The position numbers were made by a program, and so were the translations under genes. Source: Thermoanaerobaculia bacterium (GTDB lineage Bacteria; Acidobacteriota; Thermoanaerobaculia; Multivoradales; Multivoraceae). From it: a stretch of 64,000 nt of DNA. The notes under the pieces are model-generated. The model worked only from the letters and a program-made list of their open reading frames with translations, was not told where the DNA came from and searched no databases. The DNA is taken from NCBI GenBank assembly GCA_963664405.1, contig OY761158.1:5792001-5856000 (forward strand), in the 5' to 3' direction. Each line of letters begins with the position of its first letter. The first letter of the stretch is position 1. This document shows positions 28,070 to 38,356 of the stretch, piece by piece.

Positions 28070-29299
28070 TCAGGGTACTTTCACTTCATCGCCGTCGGCG
28101 AGATCGTCGGGCCCCTGGACGACCACTCGCTCGCCGCCGCGTAGGCCGGCGATCACTCCGACTAGCTTTCCTCGCTCTGGACCCAAGGTCACAGCTCGTC
28201 GCTCTACGGCGCCCCCGCCGTACACGAAGACGATGTCACGACCGCCGTCGCTTCGTACCGCTGTCGCGGGTACCAGTACCGTCGGGACCGCCTCCTCTTC
28301 ATTCTCGGCCTCGACGCTCTCGCCGAGAAAAGAGACCTTGGCTCCCATGTCGGGTAGAAGGCGTGGGTCGAGCTCGTCGAAGGCTATGCGTACTCGCACG
28401 GTCGCCTTCTGTCGATCCGCAGCCGGCACGGTGGTGATCACCGAGGCCGGGATCTTCCAGCCCTGATAAGCGTCGAGAGTCGCGATCACCTTCTGACCCG
28501 GCTTGACTCGATTGATATACGACTCGTTGACGTCGACCTCGATTTCCAGCGAGCTCATGTCGACGAGCGTACAGATGCCGGTGCGAGTGAAGCCGCCACC
28601 GGCGGAAACCGGCGAGATCATCTCTCCCGGCTGCGCGTTCTTGGTGATCACGACACCACTGAAAGGAGCGCGGATGACCGTGTCGGCGAGCTCTTGACGG
28701 CGCAGCTCGAGCTGCCGCTCCGTAACCTTGATGTCTTCGCGATTGCGAGCCACTCGGGCCTTCAATGCCTCCACTTCCGCCTCGGCGGTATCGAGGTCGG
28801 CCTCTGTCGTCACCCCCGCCCTGACCAACTCCTGTGTTCGCCGTAAGTCGATCTCAGCCTCGTCGAGCCGCACCTCGGCCTCGACCAGAGCGCTGCGTGC
28901 CGCGGCGATCTGAGCCTCCCCGAGCGCCACCTGGCGAGAGGCCATCGAGTCGTCGAGGCGGGCCAGGATCTGGCCCTCTACGACCTCGAGGCCTTCTTCC
29001 ACCCTGATCTCGACGATCTTGCCTGTGATTTTCGACGACACGGTCGCTTGCAGCCTGGCCACGACATAGCCGGAGGCGTCGAGTACCGTTTCACGACTCG
29101 AGGCAGAGCTGCTCGCTTCCGCGACTTCCGCCAGCGTCACGGCCGGCACGGACTCCTTAGCGAACCACCAAAAGACGGCGCCGGCCACGACGACGATGAC
29201 CAGGCTGATGACCAGGAGTGCCTTTCTCGGCGTCCTCGACCGGTCGCGCTGCTCGCGGTCTATTCGCAGCTCTGCAATTCGCTCGCGTGATGTGCTCAT
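28070..29299 (-). CDS. Efflux periplasmic adaptor (MacA-like membrane fusion protein)
   Basis: N-terminal TM, V.SKITGKI..I.V.EG..V..GQ.LA.L, coiled coil, IRAPFSGVV. Confidence 0.92.
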   Translation of the reverse strand: MSTSRERIAELRIDREQRDRSRTPRKALLVISLVIVVVAGAVFWWFAKESVPAVTLAEVAEASSSASSRETVLDASGYVVARLQATVSSKITGKIVEIRVEEGLEVVEGQILARLDDSMASRQVALGEAQIAAARSALVEAEVRLDEAEIDLRRTQELVRAGVTTEADLDTAEAEVEALKARVARNREDIKVTERQLELRRQELADTVIRAPFSGVVITKNAQPGEMISPVSAGGGFTRTGICTLVDMSSLEIEVDVNESYINRVKPGQKVIATLDAYQGWKIPASVITTVPAADRQKATVRVRIAFDELDPRLLPDMGAKVSFLGESVEAENEEEAVPTVLVPATAVRSDGGRDIVFVYGGGAVERRAVTLGPERGKLVGVIAGLRGGERVVVQGPDDLADGDEVKVP

Positions 29300-29361
29300 T
29301 TAAGTTTCTTAGCGGGGAAAAGTGGCGAGCCGTAGGCAGTGGTAGTCATCACCTCCGTAGG

Positions 29362-30185
29362 TTCTGGGTGCGCCGTCCTGGGCGCCATGTTCACTAGCCG
29401 CAGGAAATGATAGCAATCATTTCCGGAGATTCTGGGTGCGCCGTCCTCGGCGCCATGTTCACTAGCCGCAGGAAATGATAGCGATCATTTCCGGAGATTC
29501 TGGGTGCGCCGTCCTGGGCGCCATGTTCACTAGCCGCAGGAAATGATAGCGATCATTTCCGGAGATTCTGGGTGCGCCGTCCTCGGCGCCATGTTCACTA
29601 GCCGCAGGAGAAATGATAGCGATCATTTCCGGAGATTCTGGGTGCGCCGTCCTCGGCGCCATGTTCACTAGCCGCAGGAAATGATAGCGATCATTTCCGG
29701 AGGTTCTCGATGCGCCGTCCTGGGCGCCATGTTCACTAGCCGCAGGAAATGATAGCGATCATTTCCGGAGATTCTGGGTGCGCCGTCCTGGGCGCCATGT
29801 TCACTAGCCGCAGGAGAAATGATAGCGATCATTTCCGGAGGTTCTCGATGCGCCGTCCTGGGCGCCATGTTCACTAGCCGCAGGAAATGATAGCGATCAT
29901 TTCCGGAGATTCTGGGTGCGCCGTCCTGGGCGCCATGTTCACTAGCCGCAGGAGAAATGATAGCGATCATTTCCGGAGGTTCTCGATGCGCCGTCCTGGG
30001 CGCCATGTTCACTAGCCGCAGGAGAAATGATAGCGATCATTTCCGGAGATTCTGGGTGCGCCGTCCTCGGCGCCATGTTCACTAGCCGCAGGAAATGATA
30101 GCGATCATTTCCGGAGATTCTGGGTGCGCCGTCCTCGGCGCCATGTTCACTAGCCGCAGGAAATGATCGCGATCATTTCCGGAGG
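29362..30185. repeat. Tandem array of 12 units (8 x 68 bp, 4 x 70 bp), two hairpins per unit, no spacers
   Basis: Unit starts at 29362, 29430, 29498, 29566, 29636, 29704, 29772, 29842, 29910, 29980, 30050, 30118; stems GCGCC/GGCGC and GGAAATGAT/ATCATTTCC. Confidence 0.97.
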
Positions 30186-31070
30186 CTAGGCGAGGAGTTG
30201 CTGGAGTGCGGACGATACCGTTTCTGGCCTTTGCGAGGGCAGATTGTGCCCGGCACCTTGGACGATGTGTCGCCCCGCCAGCGAAGTGAATCGATCTTGG
30301 TCGGCGGCTGGATCGGGCGAGGGTCGGCCGAAGCCCCGATCGGCGCCGTGTAGCACGATCGCTGGAACCGTCACCCTCGGCCGCTCCGCCAGTTGTTGCT
30401 CGGCAGCGATGAAGCGCTCCTCTCCGGGTGCGTTGCGGTGTCGGTGACGATAAGAGTGAATCACGACATCGACGAAGTCGGGGTTGTCGAATGAGACCGC
30501 GGAGCGCTCGAAAGTCTCGTCGCTGAACTCCCAACCGGGCGACCACGTCTCCCACAGATATCTCGTGATCTCACGCCGATTCGCCTCGAGTCCCGCCCTT
30601 CCGCGGTCGGTATTGAAGTACCACTGATACCAGAGGCGCGCCTCGGCGACGGCCGTTGCTGGGGCTGAGGTGTTCACCGTGTCCTGCACCGAATAGCCGC
30701 CGATAGAGAGCTGCGCCCGTACCCGCTCTGGATGAAGGATCGAGGTGATACAGGCGGCCCGGTTCCCCCAATCGAAACCGGCGAGCGCAAACTCATCCAG
30801 TTCGAGTGCGTCGGCGAAGTCGATCACGTCCTGGCCGATCGCGGCCTGCTCCGCCATCCGCGGAGCCGAGGAGTCGCGAAAACGTGTGGGGCCGTAGCCC
30901 CGAAAGTAGGGCACGAGGACTCGGTATCCGGCGTCGCCGAGCGGCGGCACCGTCTCGTCCCAGGTGCGAACGTCGTAGGGGAAGCCGTGAAGGAGGATGA
31001 TCGGAAATCCGCCGGTATCTCCGCTTTCTTCGAAACCGATGTCGAGCACCGGAGTCTGGATCATTGGCAT
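30186..31070 (-). CDS. Alpha/beta hydrolase (epoxide hydrolase-like)
   Basis: LLHGFPYD, RGYGPT, GFDWG nucleophile motif, GAGHN. Confidence 0.9.
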   Translation of the reverse strand: MPMIQTPVLDIGFEESGDTGGFPIILLHGFPYDVRTWDETVPPLGDAGYRVLVPYFRGYGPTRFRDSSAPRMAEQAAIGQDVIDFADALELDEFALAGFDWGNRAACITSILHPERVRAQLSIGGYSVQDTVNTSAPATAVAEARLWYQWYFNTDRGRAGLEANRREITRYLWETWSPGWEFSDETFERSAVSFDNPDFVDVVIHSYRHRHRNAPGEERFIAAEQQLAERPRVTVPAIVLHGADRGFGRPSPDPAADQDRFTSLAGRHIVQGAGHNLPSQRPETVSSALQQLLA

Positions 31071-31083
31071 GGCTTGATCCCCC

Positions 31084-32379
31084 TTAGAGGTCGAGCCACT
31101 GGCCCGATTGCATCACCCACTCGATCGCGCGAGTATTCCCGATCTCGATCCTTGGATCGGCTCCGAGGATCACCAGATCTGCGATCTTTCCCGCCGCGAG
31201 CACTCCGAACTCAGCATCCCGGCCTTCCAGCACGCGCGCAGAATTGCCTGTTGCCGCGGCAATCGCTTCCATTGGGGTGAGGCCGGCGGCGACCAGTTGT
31301 GCCATCTCGTGATGCGTTCCCCAGCCGAAGGCGATCTGGCCGACCCCGCTGTCGGAGCCGACCGCGATCATCACACCGGCGTCATGCATGGTCTTGATGA
31401 AGCTCTGAGCCAAGGCGAAGTCGGCTTTCAGCTTTGCGAGGTTGGGGTTGGCGAGTAGCTGTTGGCGCCCCCCGGGCTGGAGCAGACGATCGGCCTTGGC
31501 CGCGGTGAAGGCCTGGCGGAAGTCTTCAGCGTGGAGATCGTCGGGGTTTTCGGCCAGGTACCAGAAGTGCTGAGCCTGGCCGAGAGCCGGCGCGAAAGAG
31601 AGACCCTTCTCCACTGCGTAGGCGACGAAAGAGGCGTCGACCTCGTGATCCCGCACACTGTGCACGAAATCGGTCACACCGATGTCGGCGAGCTGTCTCA
31701 CGTCTTCTTCGTCGTAGATGTGTGCCGCGGCAGGAATACCGTGCGTCGCCGCTTCCCTGACGATGGCCTCCCGGATCTCGGGAGTGATCTTGGTGACCGT
31801 GCCGAACTTGGTGTCGACCCACATCTTGACCACGTCCACCTCTTGCGTCGCCAGCTCTCGAACCCGCCAGCGGACCTCGTTCACGTCGGTCGGCAGAAAC
31901 CCGCGACCGTCCTCGGGACTGGAGAAGCCGCGGCCGGCGGTGAAGATACGGGGGGCTCGGATCTCTCCGGCTCTCGCCTTGGCGATGATCGCGAGATTTT
32001 CTTCCCCATCGGATCCGAGGCTGCGCGCGGTTGTTACCCCGAAGCGCAGCTGGGACAGAAAGGCGTGGGTGAACCCCTCCTCTCCGTCTCGATAGTGGCA
32101 GTGGAGGTCGACGAGACCAGGGATGACCACTTTGCCCTCACCTTCGACGATCACCGCGTCCGCCGGAACCGCGGTGTCGGAGCGAGTACCGACGCTCTCG
32201 ATGCGATCGCCGCGGATGACGATGACCGAGTCTTCGATCGGATCGGAGCCGGTGCCGTCGATCAGGGTCGCCCCGGTGATGGCGATGGGTGGCGAGCCGA
32301 CTTCGACCGCCGCAGGCGTCTCGCCGCAGGCGATCAAGCACAAAACCGGGACGATGAAACAGAGGCGCTGGCTGCGCAT
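31084..32379 (-). CDS. Amidohydrolase family lipoprotein
   Basis: LIAC lipobox; IPGLVDLHCH, GSDSG, G.L..GKIADLVIL. Confidence 0.9.
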   Translation of the reverse strand: MRSQRLCFIVPVLCLIACGETPAAVEVGSPPIAITGATLIDGTGSDPIEDSVIVIRGDRIESVGTRSDTAVPADAVIVEGEGKVVIPGLVDLHCHYRDGEEGFTHAFLSQLRFGVTTARSLGSDGEENLAIIAKARAGEIRAPRIFTAGRGFSSPEDGRGFLPTDVNEVRWRVRELATQEVDVVKMWVDTKFGTVTKITPEIREAIVREAATHGIPAAAHIYDEEDVRQLADIGVTDFVHSVRDHEVDASFVAYAVEKGLSFAPALGQAQHFWYLAENPDDLHAEDFRQAFTAAKADRLLQPGGRQQLLANPNLAKLKADFALAQSFIKTMHDAGVMIAVGSDSGVGQIAFGWGTHHEMAQLVAAGLTPMEAIAAATGNSARVLEGRDAEFGVLAAGKIADLVILGADPRIEIGNTRAIEWVMQSGQWLDL

Positions 32380-32660
32380 ACCCGACCCCCCCTTAGGATT
32401 GGCGTCTAGTCTAGTCGAAGGACACCTGTAACAATGGGTTGATCTGAAGCAGGGTCGAGGGAGAATTCAGTGCACCACTTCCATCGCGCACCGAAGACCC
32501 GATGTCGGCGCATCGTGGTGGCGGCAGTGGCCGCCGGTGCGTGGGCTGCCTGTGGCTTCGGCCAGCAAGGAGCCGTCGATGGCGAGTGGCGCCACCATGG
32601 CGGCGACCATGGCTTCACTCGCTACTCGCCGCTGAGCCAGATCGACGCCGGGAACTTCGA
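32298..32660. repeat. Duplicated cassette, copy 1: lipoprotein signal + divergent intergenic region + start of PQQ dehydrogenase
   Basis: Near-identical to about 40945-41305 (e.g. aggattggcgtctagtctagtcgaaggacacctgtaacaat...gatctgaagcagggtcgagggagaattcagtgcaccacttcc). Confidence 0.88.
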
Positions 32661-34539
32661 GCAGCTCGAAGTGGCTTGGCGCTGGGGGTCTGCAGACGAC
32701 CGCGTCGAGGACAGGATCCGGTCGGAACGGGCCGCAGCCTCGTCGCAATCGGCTGCGGGGAGATTGAGCTACGAGGACGCGCCGGCCGCCATGCTGAGGA
32801 GACCCTTCCCGCGGACCTACTTCCGAGGCTCCCCGCTGATGATCAAGGGCCGGATCTACGTGCCGACCGAGCTCAGCCAGGTCGCGGCCCTCGACGCCGG
32901 CAGCGGTGAGGAGTTCTGGGTCTACGACCCGAAGAGCTACGAGCGGCCGAGACCAGGGCTCGAGAATAATTTCACTCGTGGACTCGAGTACTGGACCGAC
33001 GGAGTCAAAGAGCGCATTCTCATCGCCACGCCCTCGAAACAACTGGTGTCGATCGACCTGGGGACGGGGCTCCCCGACCCCGACTTCGGCGAAGAAGGCA
33101 TGGTCGATCTGTCGCGAGATCTGGGGCGAGAGAACATCAACCTGCGCCACATCAGCCACGGCGCGCCGGGGATCGTGGTCGGTGACACCTATGTCATCGG
33201 GTCTCGGATCTACGATTTCCCGCTGCGCAACAACAATCCGCCGGGCCACGTGCGGGCTTACGATGTGCGCACGGGCGAGCTGCGATGGCGCTTCAACGTC
33301 ATCCCGCAAGAGGGCGAGGACTTCGTCGAGACCTGGGAGAACGAGTCGTGGAAGAAGATGGGCAACGCCAACGTGTGGGCGCCGCTGACCGCCGATGACG
33401 AGCTCGGCTACGTCTATCTCGCTACCAGCACTCCGACCAGCGACTACTACGGCGGCGATCGCCGCGGCGACAATCTCTTCGCCGAGAGCCTGGTCTGTGT
33501 CGACGTGGCCACCGGCAAGCGGGTCTGGCACTTTCAGACCGTGCATCACGGGATCTGGGATTACGACATCGCCTCGGCTCCGAACCTGATCGACGTCGTC
33601 GTCGAGGGCAAGCTGGTCAAGGCCGTAGCGCAGGCGTCGAAAACGGCCTTCACCTATGTCTTCGACCGCGTGACGGGGAAGCCGCTGTGGCCGATCGAAG
33701 AGCGGCCTGTGGACTACAACACTACGGTCCCAGGCGAGAAACTGGCGAGAACGCAACCCTTTCCGACCAAGCCGCCCCCCTTCGACCGCCAGGGGTTCAC
33801 CGTCGACGATCTCATCGACTTCACGCCCGAGCTCCGCAAGGAGGCTCTAGAGATCGCTTCGCAGTACCGAATGGGACCGATGTTCACGCCCTTGATCCTC
33901 GGAGGTGAAGGGGGCAAGTTGGCAACGATCTTCTTGCCGGGGGCCGGTGGAGGAGCCGGCCATGCGGGGTCTTCGGTCGATCCGGCGACCGGTTTCTTCT
34001 ACGTGATGTCGAGGACGGTGCCGACGGCGATGGCTCTGGTCGAGCCGGACCCGGCGCGGACAGAGTGGAGGTACGTGCGCGATCGAGTACCCCTCGAAGG
34101 GCCGCGCGGGCTGCCGCTGACCAAGCCGCCGTATCGGCGCATCACAGCGATCGACTTGAAAACGGGAGAGCAAGCCTGGCAGGTCCCCCTCGGCGAGGGC
34201 CCGACCAACCACCCGGCGATCAAGCATCTCGATCTCGGACCTCTGGGCAGTCACCCGGTCGGCCGCGAAGATGCCGATGGGCTTCTCGTCACTCGAACTT
34301 TGCTCATCACTTCGATCATGCGGGCCGAGGATGAGCGAGAGCGCGGCATCAAGGGGAACTATCTCCAGGCCTTCGACAAGGCTACGGGGAAGCTCCTGGC
34401 CCAGATCGAGGCCGACCCGCGCCTCCACGGCGTGCCCGCGACCTATCTGCACGGAGGCCGTCAGTACATCGTGATCGCGGCGGGCGGGGTGACCGAGAAG
34501 GCGGAGCTTATGGCGTTTGCTCTGCCCGAGGTCCGCTGA
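32470..34539 (+). CDS. PQQ-dependent dehydrogenase, glucose/quinate DH-like (paralog 1)
   Basis: RYSPLSQI, GHVRAYDVRTGELRW, GNANVW, WHFQTVHHGIWDYD, TQPFP, KPPY. Confidence 0.9.
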   Translation: MHHFHRAPKTRCRRIVVAAVAAGAWAACGFGQQGAVDGEWRHHGGDHGFTRYSPLSQIDAGNFEQLEVAWRWGSADDRVEDRIRSERAAASSQSAAGRLSYEDAPAAMLRRPFPRTYFRGSPLMIKGRIYVPTELSQVAALDAGSGEEFWVYDPKSYERPRPGLENNFTRGLEYWTDGVKERILIATPSKQLVSIDLGTGLPDPDFGEEGMVDLSRDLGRENINLRHISHGAPGIVVGDTYVIGSRIYDFPLRNNNPPGHVRAYDVRTGELRWRFNVIPQEGEDFVETWENESWKKMGNANVWAPLTADDELGYVYLATSTPTSDYYGGDRRGDNLFAESLVCVDVATGKRVWHFQTVHHGIWDYDIASAPNLIDVVVEGKLVKAVAQASKTAFTYVFDRVTGKPLWPIEERPVDYNTTVPGEKLARTQPFPTKPPPFDRQGFTVDDLIDFTPELRKEALEIASQYRMGPMFTPLILGGEGGKLATIFLPGAGGGAGHAGSSVDPATGFFYVMSRTVPTAMALVEPDPARTEWRYVRDRVPLEGPRGLPLTKPPYRRITAIDLKTGEQAWQVPLGEGPTNHPAIKHLDLGPLGSHPVGREDADGLLVTRTLLITSIMRAEDERERGIKGNYLQAFDKATGKLLAQIEADPRLHGVPATYLHGGRQYIVIAAGGVTEKAELMAFALPEVR

Positions 34540-34618
34540 GCACAACGACCCCCAAGGGCGGAACCAGCGCGATAGCATTGCTGGCACCGAAAGGAAGCCT
34601 TATACCTTCGCTCGCGTC

Positions 34619-37600
34619 ATGGTTCTAGACTCAGGCACTCGCCTGGCCAGCTACGAGATCCTCTCCGCTCTCGGAGCGGGAGGTATGGGAGAGGTCTATC
34701 GGGCCCGCGATACCAAGCTCGGACGCGAGGTTGCGATCAAGGTGCTGCCCGAGGAGGTGGCCCAGAATGCCGACCGGCTTGCGCGCTTCGAGCGTGAGGC
34801 TCGGGTTCTGGCATCGCTGAATCATCCTCATATCGTCACCATCTACTCCGTCGAGGCGGAAGACGGTGTCCGCTTCTTCACCATGGAGCTGGTCGAAGGC
34901 CGAACGCTGGCGGACCATCTGGTCGGGGGCCCGCTGGCCGTCGATCAGTGCTTCGAGCACGGCGTGGCGATCGCCGACGCACTGAGCGCAGCCCACCGCC
35001 GCGGGGTGACCCATCGCGATCTGAAGCCCGGCAACATCATGGTCAACGACGAAGGCTGGCTCAAAGTGCTCGACTTTGGCCTGGCGAAGGCGGGCGCTCC
35101 CAACCGAGGCGCAGAGGGCAGTGATGCCTCCACCGATACGCTGACCGAAGCCGGCAAAGTGCTCGGCACCGTCCCCTACATGTCGCCCGAGCAACTCCAT
35201 GGTCGTCCGGTCGAGCCGCCCTCGGACGTTTTCTCCCTCGGCGTCGTGCTCTATGAGATGGCCACCGGCAGCAGGCCCTTCCGCGGCAGCAGCCAGGCCG
35301 AGCTGGTCTCTTCGATTCTTCGAGATACGCCCGGCAGGCCGAGCGAGTTGCGCTCGAGCCTGCCGGTGAGCGTCGACGGTCTCGTGCTGCGATGCCTGCA
35401 GAAGGAGCCTGGCCAGCGCTACGAAACGGCCACCGAATTGCTCCAAGAGCTGCGCCGACTCCAAGAAGATTCGAGGTCGAGCGCGGGCCCGCGCTCCCTG
35501 AGCGGTTCGGACGAGATCCAGGCGATCCGGCAGGCCTATCGGACTCCGATGATCGGTCGCGATGCCGAGGCCGCGGAGCTGCGCCAGTTCCTAAGCCGCG
35601 CCAAGGAAGGGGAAGGGGCCCTGGTCAGCCTGACCGGGGAGCCCGGGGTGGGAAAGAGCCGTCTGGCGTGGGATCTCATCGAGGGTGCCCGCGAGGAAGG
35701 ATTCTTCACCCTGGTCGGCAACTGCTACGAGGGCGAGGGAATGGCGGCCTTCACGCCGTGGGTGGAAGTGCTCGAGACCTCGGCCAGGCGCGCCGACCCC
35801 GAGGTTCTGCGTGAGCTGCTCGGCGATGCGGCTCCGGAGCTGGCCCGGCTGCTGCCGGAGCTGCGCCGCCTCTTCCCCGACATGCCGCAGCCTCTCGAGC
35901 TGCCGGCCGAAGAAGCCCGCCGCTACCTCTTCCGCAGCTTCTGCGAGTTCGTGGCCCGGTCGAGCCGATTGCAGCCGCTGCTCATTGTGCTCGAGGACGT
36001 GCACTGGTCCGACGAGCCCAGCCTGATGCTGCTGCAGCACCTGGCGCAACAGGTCGACCAGATGGCGGTGCTGGTGATTGCGACCTATCGCGAGGTCGAG
36101 CTCGACGTGTATCGCCCGCTGGCCGGTGCCCTGCGCGAGCTGGTGCGCAGCCGGTTGGTGCACCGTATCGTTCTGCGCCGCTTGGGCGAGGAGGGGGTGG
36201 CCGGCATCCTCGAGTCTCTCAGCGGTCGCAAGCCGCCCACGGCGCTGATCAGGGCGGTGTACGAGGAGACCGAGGGCAATCCCTTCTTCGTCGAGGAGGT
36301 CTATGCGCATCTAGACGAAGAGAGCCGGCTCTTCGAGGACAGCGGCGAGTGGCGCCAGGACCTCACCCTGGAGGCCCTCGACGTCCCAGAGGGCGTGCGT
36401 CTGGTGGTGGGTCGCCGCCTCGAGCGTCTCGATGACGACGGCCGCAGGGTGCTGACCGCGGCAGCGGTACTCGGTCGTCGCTTCAACTACTCGATCCTCG
36501 AGGAGGTGGTCGGAATCGAGGCCGACGAGCTGCTGAATGGGATCGAGCAGGCGGAGACCCTGCACCTGGTCGAAGCGGAGAGCTCGTCGAGCTCGCGAGA
36601 GGCGCGCTACCACTTCTCGCACGAGCTGATCCGACAAACCTTGTTGCAGGGCCTCTCTTTACCGCGCCGACAGCGCTTGCATCTGCGCATCGCCGAGGTA
36701 CTCGAGGCCAGGCCAGACGCGCAGAAGCGAGCCTCCGCCCTGGCCCATCACCTCTACGAGGCCGGAGCCGCCGCGGACGCTGAGATGACGGTTCGATACC
36801 TGATCCTGGCCGCGGGCGAGGCGATCGAGACAGCGGCCTTCGAGGAGGCGCTGGGCCGGCTCGACCTGGCGATTGACCTGGTCGAAGAGGGCGAGGAGGA
36901 GCGCTGGGCCGAGATCCATCGACTGCGCGGGCTGGCGCACCGCAACCTCGGTGAACTGGAAGAAGCCGTCGACGAATTTGAGGGGGCGTTGGAGATCTAC
37001 CTGCGACGGAAGATGGGCCGTGAAGGTGTCGAGATCGTCCATGATCTCACCTGGCTTTATGGGTGGTCCGCCAGGTTGGAAGCGGCCGACCGGACCGTTC
37101 AGCGAGTCCTCGATGCGCTGCAGCCCGATGGGGCCGACCGTTGCCTCGTGCTGGCGGAAGCTGCGATGGTGACCGCAATCGCGGGAAGACTGAAAGTAGC
37201 CGCTGCCCATGCCGAGGAGGCCGAGGCCCTGTTGGAGCTGGTCGATGACGATGCGATTCGGGCCCGCGTGGCAGTCTGCCTCTACATGCCTGTGCACGCC
37301 AGCGCACGATTTCACGAGGCCGGGCCAGTGGGCACTCGCGCTGCTTCTCTGTTGGAGAGTGCCGGCCTGCTGTGGGATCTGTGCAGTCTCCTGCAGTGGT
37401 TCGGAGAAGCGCATTGTTGGGCTGGTGACTGGCCTGCAGTTCTTGCTAGCGTCAAAGAAGCACGGCCGATAGCCGAGCGATTTGGGCATTGGGAAGTGCT
37501 TCGTTCGCTGAACGAGTTTCAATTGTGGGCAGAGTGGGCCACGAGGGCGGATCGGCAGCGGTTACTGCAGCTGGTCGAGACTGACGTAGCGCTCAGCACC

Positions 37601-38275
37601 GAGCGGCAGCTCGGTTACGGGTGCTTTGCTCTTCACTGGCGCAGCGCGGCTCACCTGTGGACGGGGAACCTCGAGCAGGCGCTCGCCGACGCGGAAGAGG
37701 GAGCGGAGCGGGAGGTCGTGGAAGTGTTTATGTACCCGCTCATCCAGGGCCTGCTCATGCTGTGCCGGGCCTGGGCCGGTGACAGAGACGGGGCTCTCTC
37801 GGTCCTGGAACGGCTTCGGGACCACCTTCCCACAGCCGGAGGACTGAGCTCGACCGGCTCACGCGTGTTCGGTTGCTACGCCGTCGAGGCGCTTGCGCTT
37901 CTCGGTGAGGTCGACGAGGCGGCGAGCCTATACCCAGCCCTCCTCCATTCTCGGACCATCGGCCTTCGAGTGAGTCCTTGCCAACTTCTCGAGACGCTGC
38001 TTGGCGTCTCCGCCGCCTGCGCACGACAGTGGGAGCAAGCCGAGGAGCACTTCGAGGCTGCTCGGAAGCAGGCGGATGAGCTCCCCCACATCCCGTGTGC
38101 CGCTGAGACCCGGCGCTGGCAGGCCTGGGCTCTTCTCGAGCGTGGCGAGGCGGGCGACCGCAAGCGGGCTCACGCCCTCTTGGAAGACGCGATCGAGCGC
38201 TATCGCGAGATCGGCATGCCGATGCACGAAGCGCGCGCTCGGGAGCTCGTGTCGGATCAACGGCCGGCTCCATGA
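34619..38275 (+). CDS. Ser/Thr protein kinase fused to AAA ATPase and TPR-like region
   Basis: LGAGGMGEVY, HRDLKPGN, DFG, YMSPE; GEPGVGKS Walker A; LEDVHW Walker B; GNPFF. Confidence 0.92.
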   Translation: MVLDSGTRLASYEILSALGAGGMGEVYRARDTKLGREVAIKVLPEEVAQNADRLARFEREARVLASLNHPHIVTIYSVEAEDGVRFFTMELVEGRTLADHLVGGPLAVDQCFEHGVAIADALSAAHRRGVTHRDLKPGNIMVNDEGWLKVLDFGLAKAGAPNRGAEGSDASTDTLTEAGKVLGTVPYMSPEQLHGRPVEPPSDVFSLGVVLYEMATGSRPFRGSSQAELVSSILRDTPGRPSELRSSLPVSVDGLVLRCLQKEPGQRYETATELLQELRRLQEDSRSSAGPRSLSGSDEIQAIRQAYRTPMIGRDAEAAELRQFLSRAKEGEGALVSLTGEPGVGKSRLAWDLIEGAREEGFFTLVGNCYEGEGMAAFTPWVEVLETSARRADPEVLRELLGDAAPELARLLPELRRLFPDMPQPLELPAEEARRYLFRSFCEFVARSSRLQPLLIVLEDVHWSDEPSLMLLQHLAQQVDQMAVLVIATYREVELDVYRPLAGALRELVRSRLVHRIVLRRLGEEGVAGILESLSGRKPPTALIRAVYEETEGNPFFVEEVYAHLDEESRLFEDSGEWRQDLTLEALDVPEGVRLVVGRRLERLDDDGRRVLTAAAVLGRRFNYSILEEVVGIEADELLNGIEQAETLHLVEAESSSSSREARYHFSHELIRQTLLQGLSLPRRQRLHLRIAEVLEARPDAQKRASALAHHLYEAGAAADAEMTVRYLILAAGEAIETAAFEEALGRLDLAIDLVEEGEEERWAEIHRLRGLAHRNLGELEEAVDEFEGALEIYLRRKMGREGVEIVHDLTWLYGWSARLEAADRTVQRVLDALQPDGADRCLVLAEAAMVTAIAGRLKVAAAHAEEAEALLELVDDDAIRARVAVCLYMPVHASARFHEAGPVGTRAASLLESAGLLWDLCSLLQWFGEAHCWAGDWPAVLASVKEARPIAERFGHWEVLRSLNEFQLWAEWATRADRQRLLQLVETDVALSTERQLGYGCFALHWRSAAHLWTGNLEQALADAEEGAEREVVEVFMYPLIQGLLMLCRAWAGDRDGALSVLERLRDHLPTAGGLSSTGSRVFGCYAVEALALLGEVDEAASLYPALLHSRTIGLRVSPCQLLETLLGVSAACARQWEQAEEHFEAARKQADELPHIPCAAETRRWQAWALLERGEAGDRKRAHALLEDAIERYREIGMPMHEARARELVSDQRPAP

Positions 38276-38356
38276 GCAGGCCGTCACGGTGAACAGACCT
38301 GACGTACTTTGAGCTAGGGCGCGGACATCTCCTTCTCGATCAGATGCCCGCGGTCG

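Noticed and set aside
29362-30185. CRISPR array
   Set aside because: No unique spacers (whole units repeat) and no cas genes in the window
29462-30555. Repeat-encoded peptides (MAPRTAHPESPEMIAIIS) as multi-core RiPP precursors
   Set aside because: Unit lengths of 68 and 70 are not multiples of 3, frames shift and hit TAG, and conservation fits DNA/RNA hairpins
34619-38275. Kinase-ATPase-TPR as an antiphage STAND system
   Set aside because: Common signalling architecture with no defence-island context or effector domain
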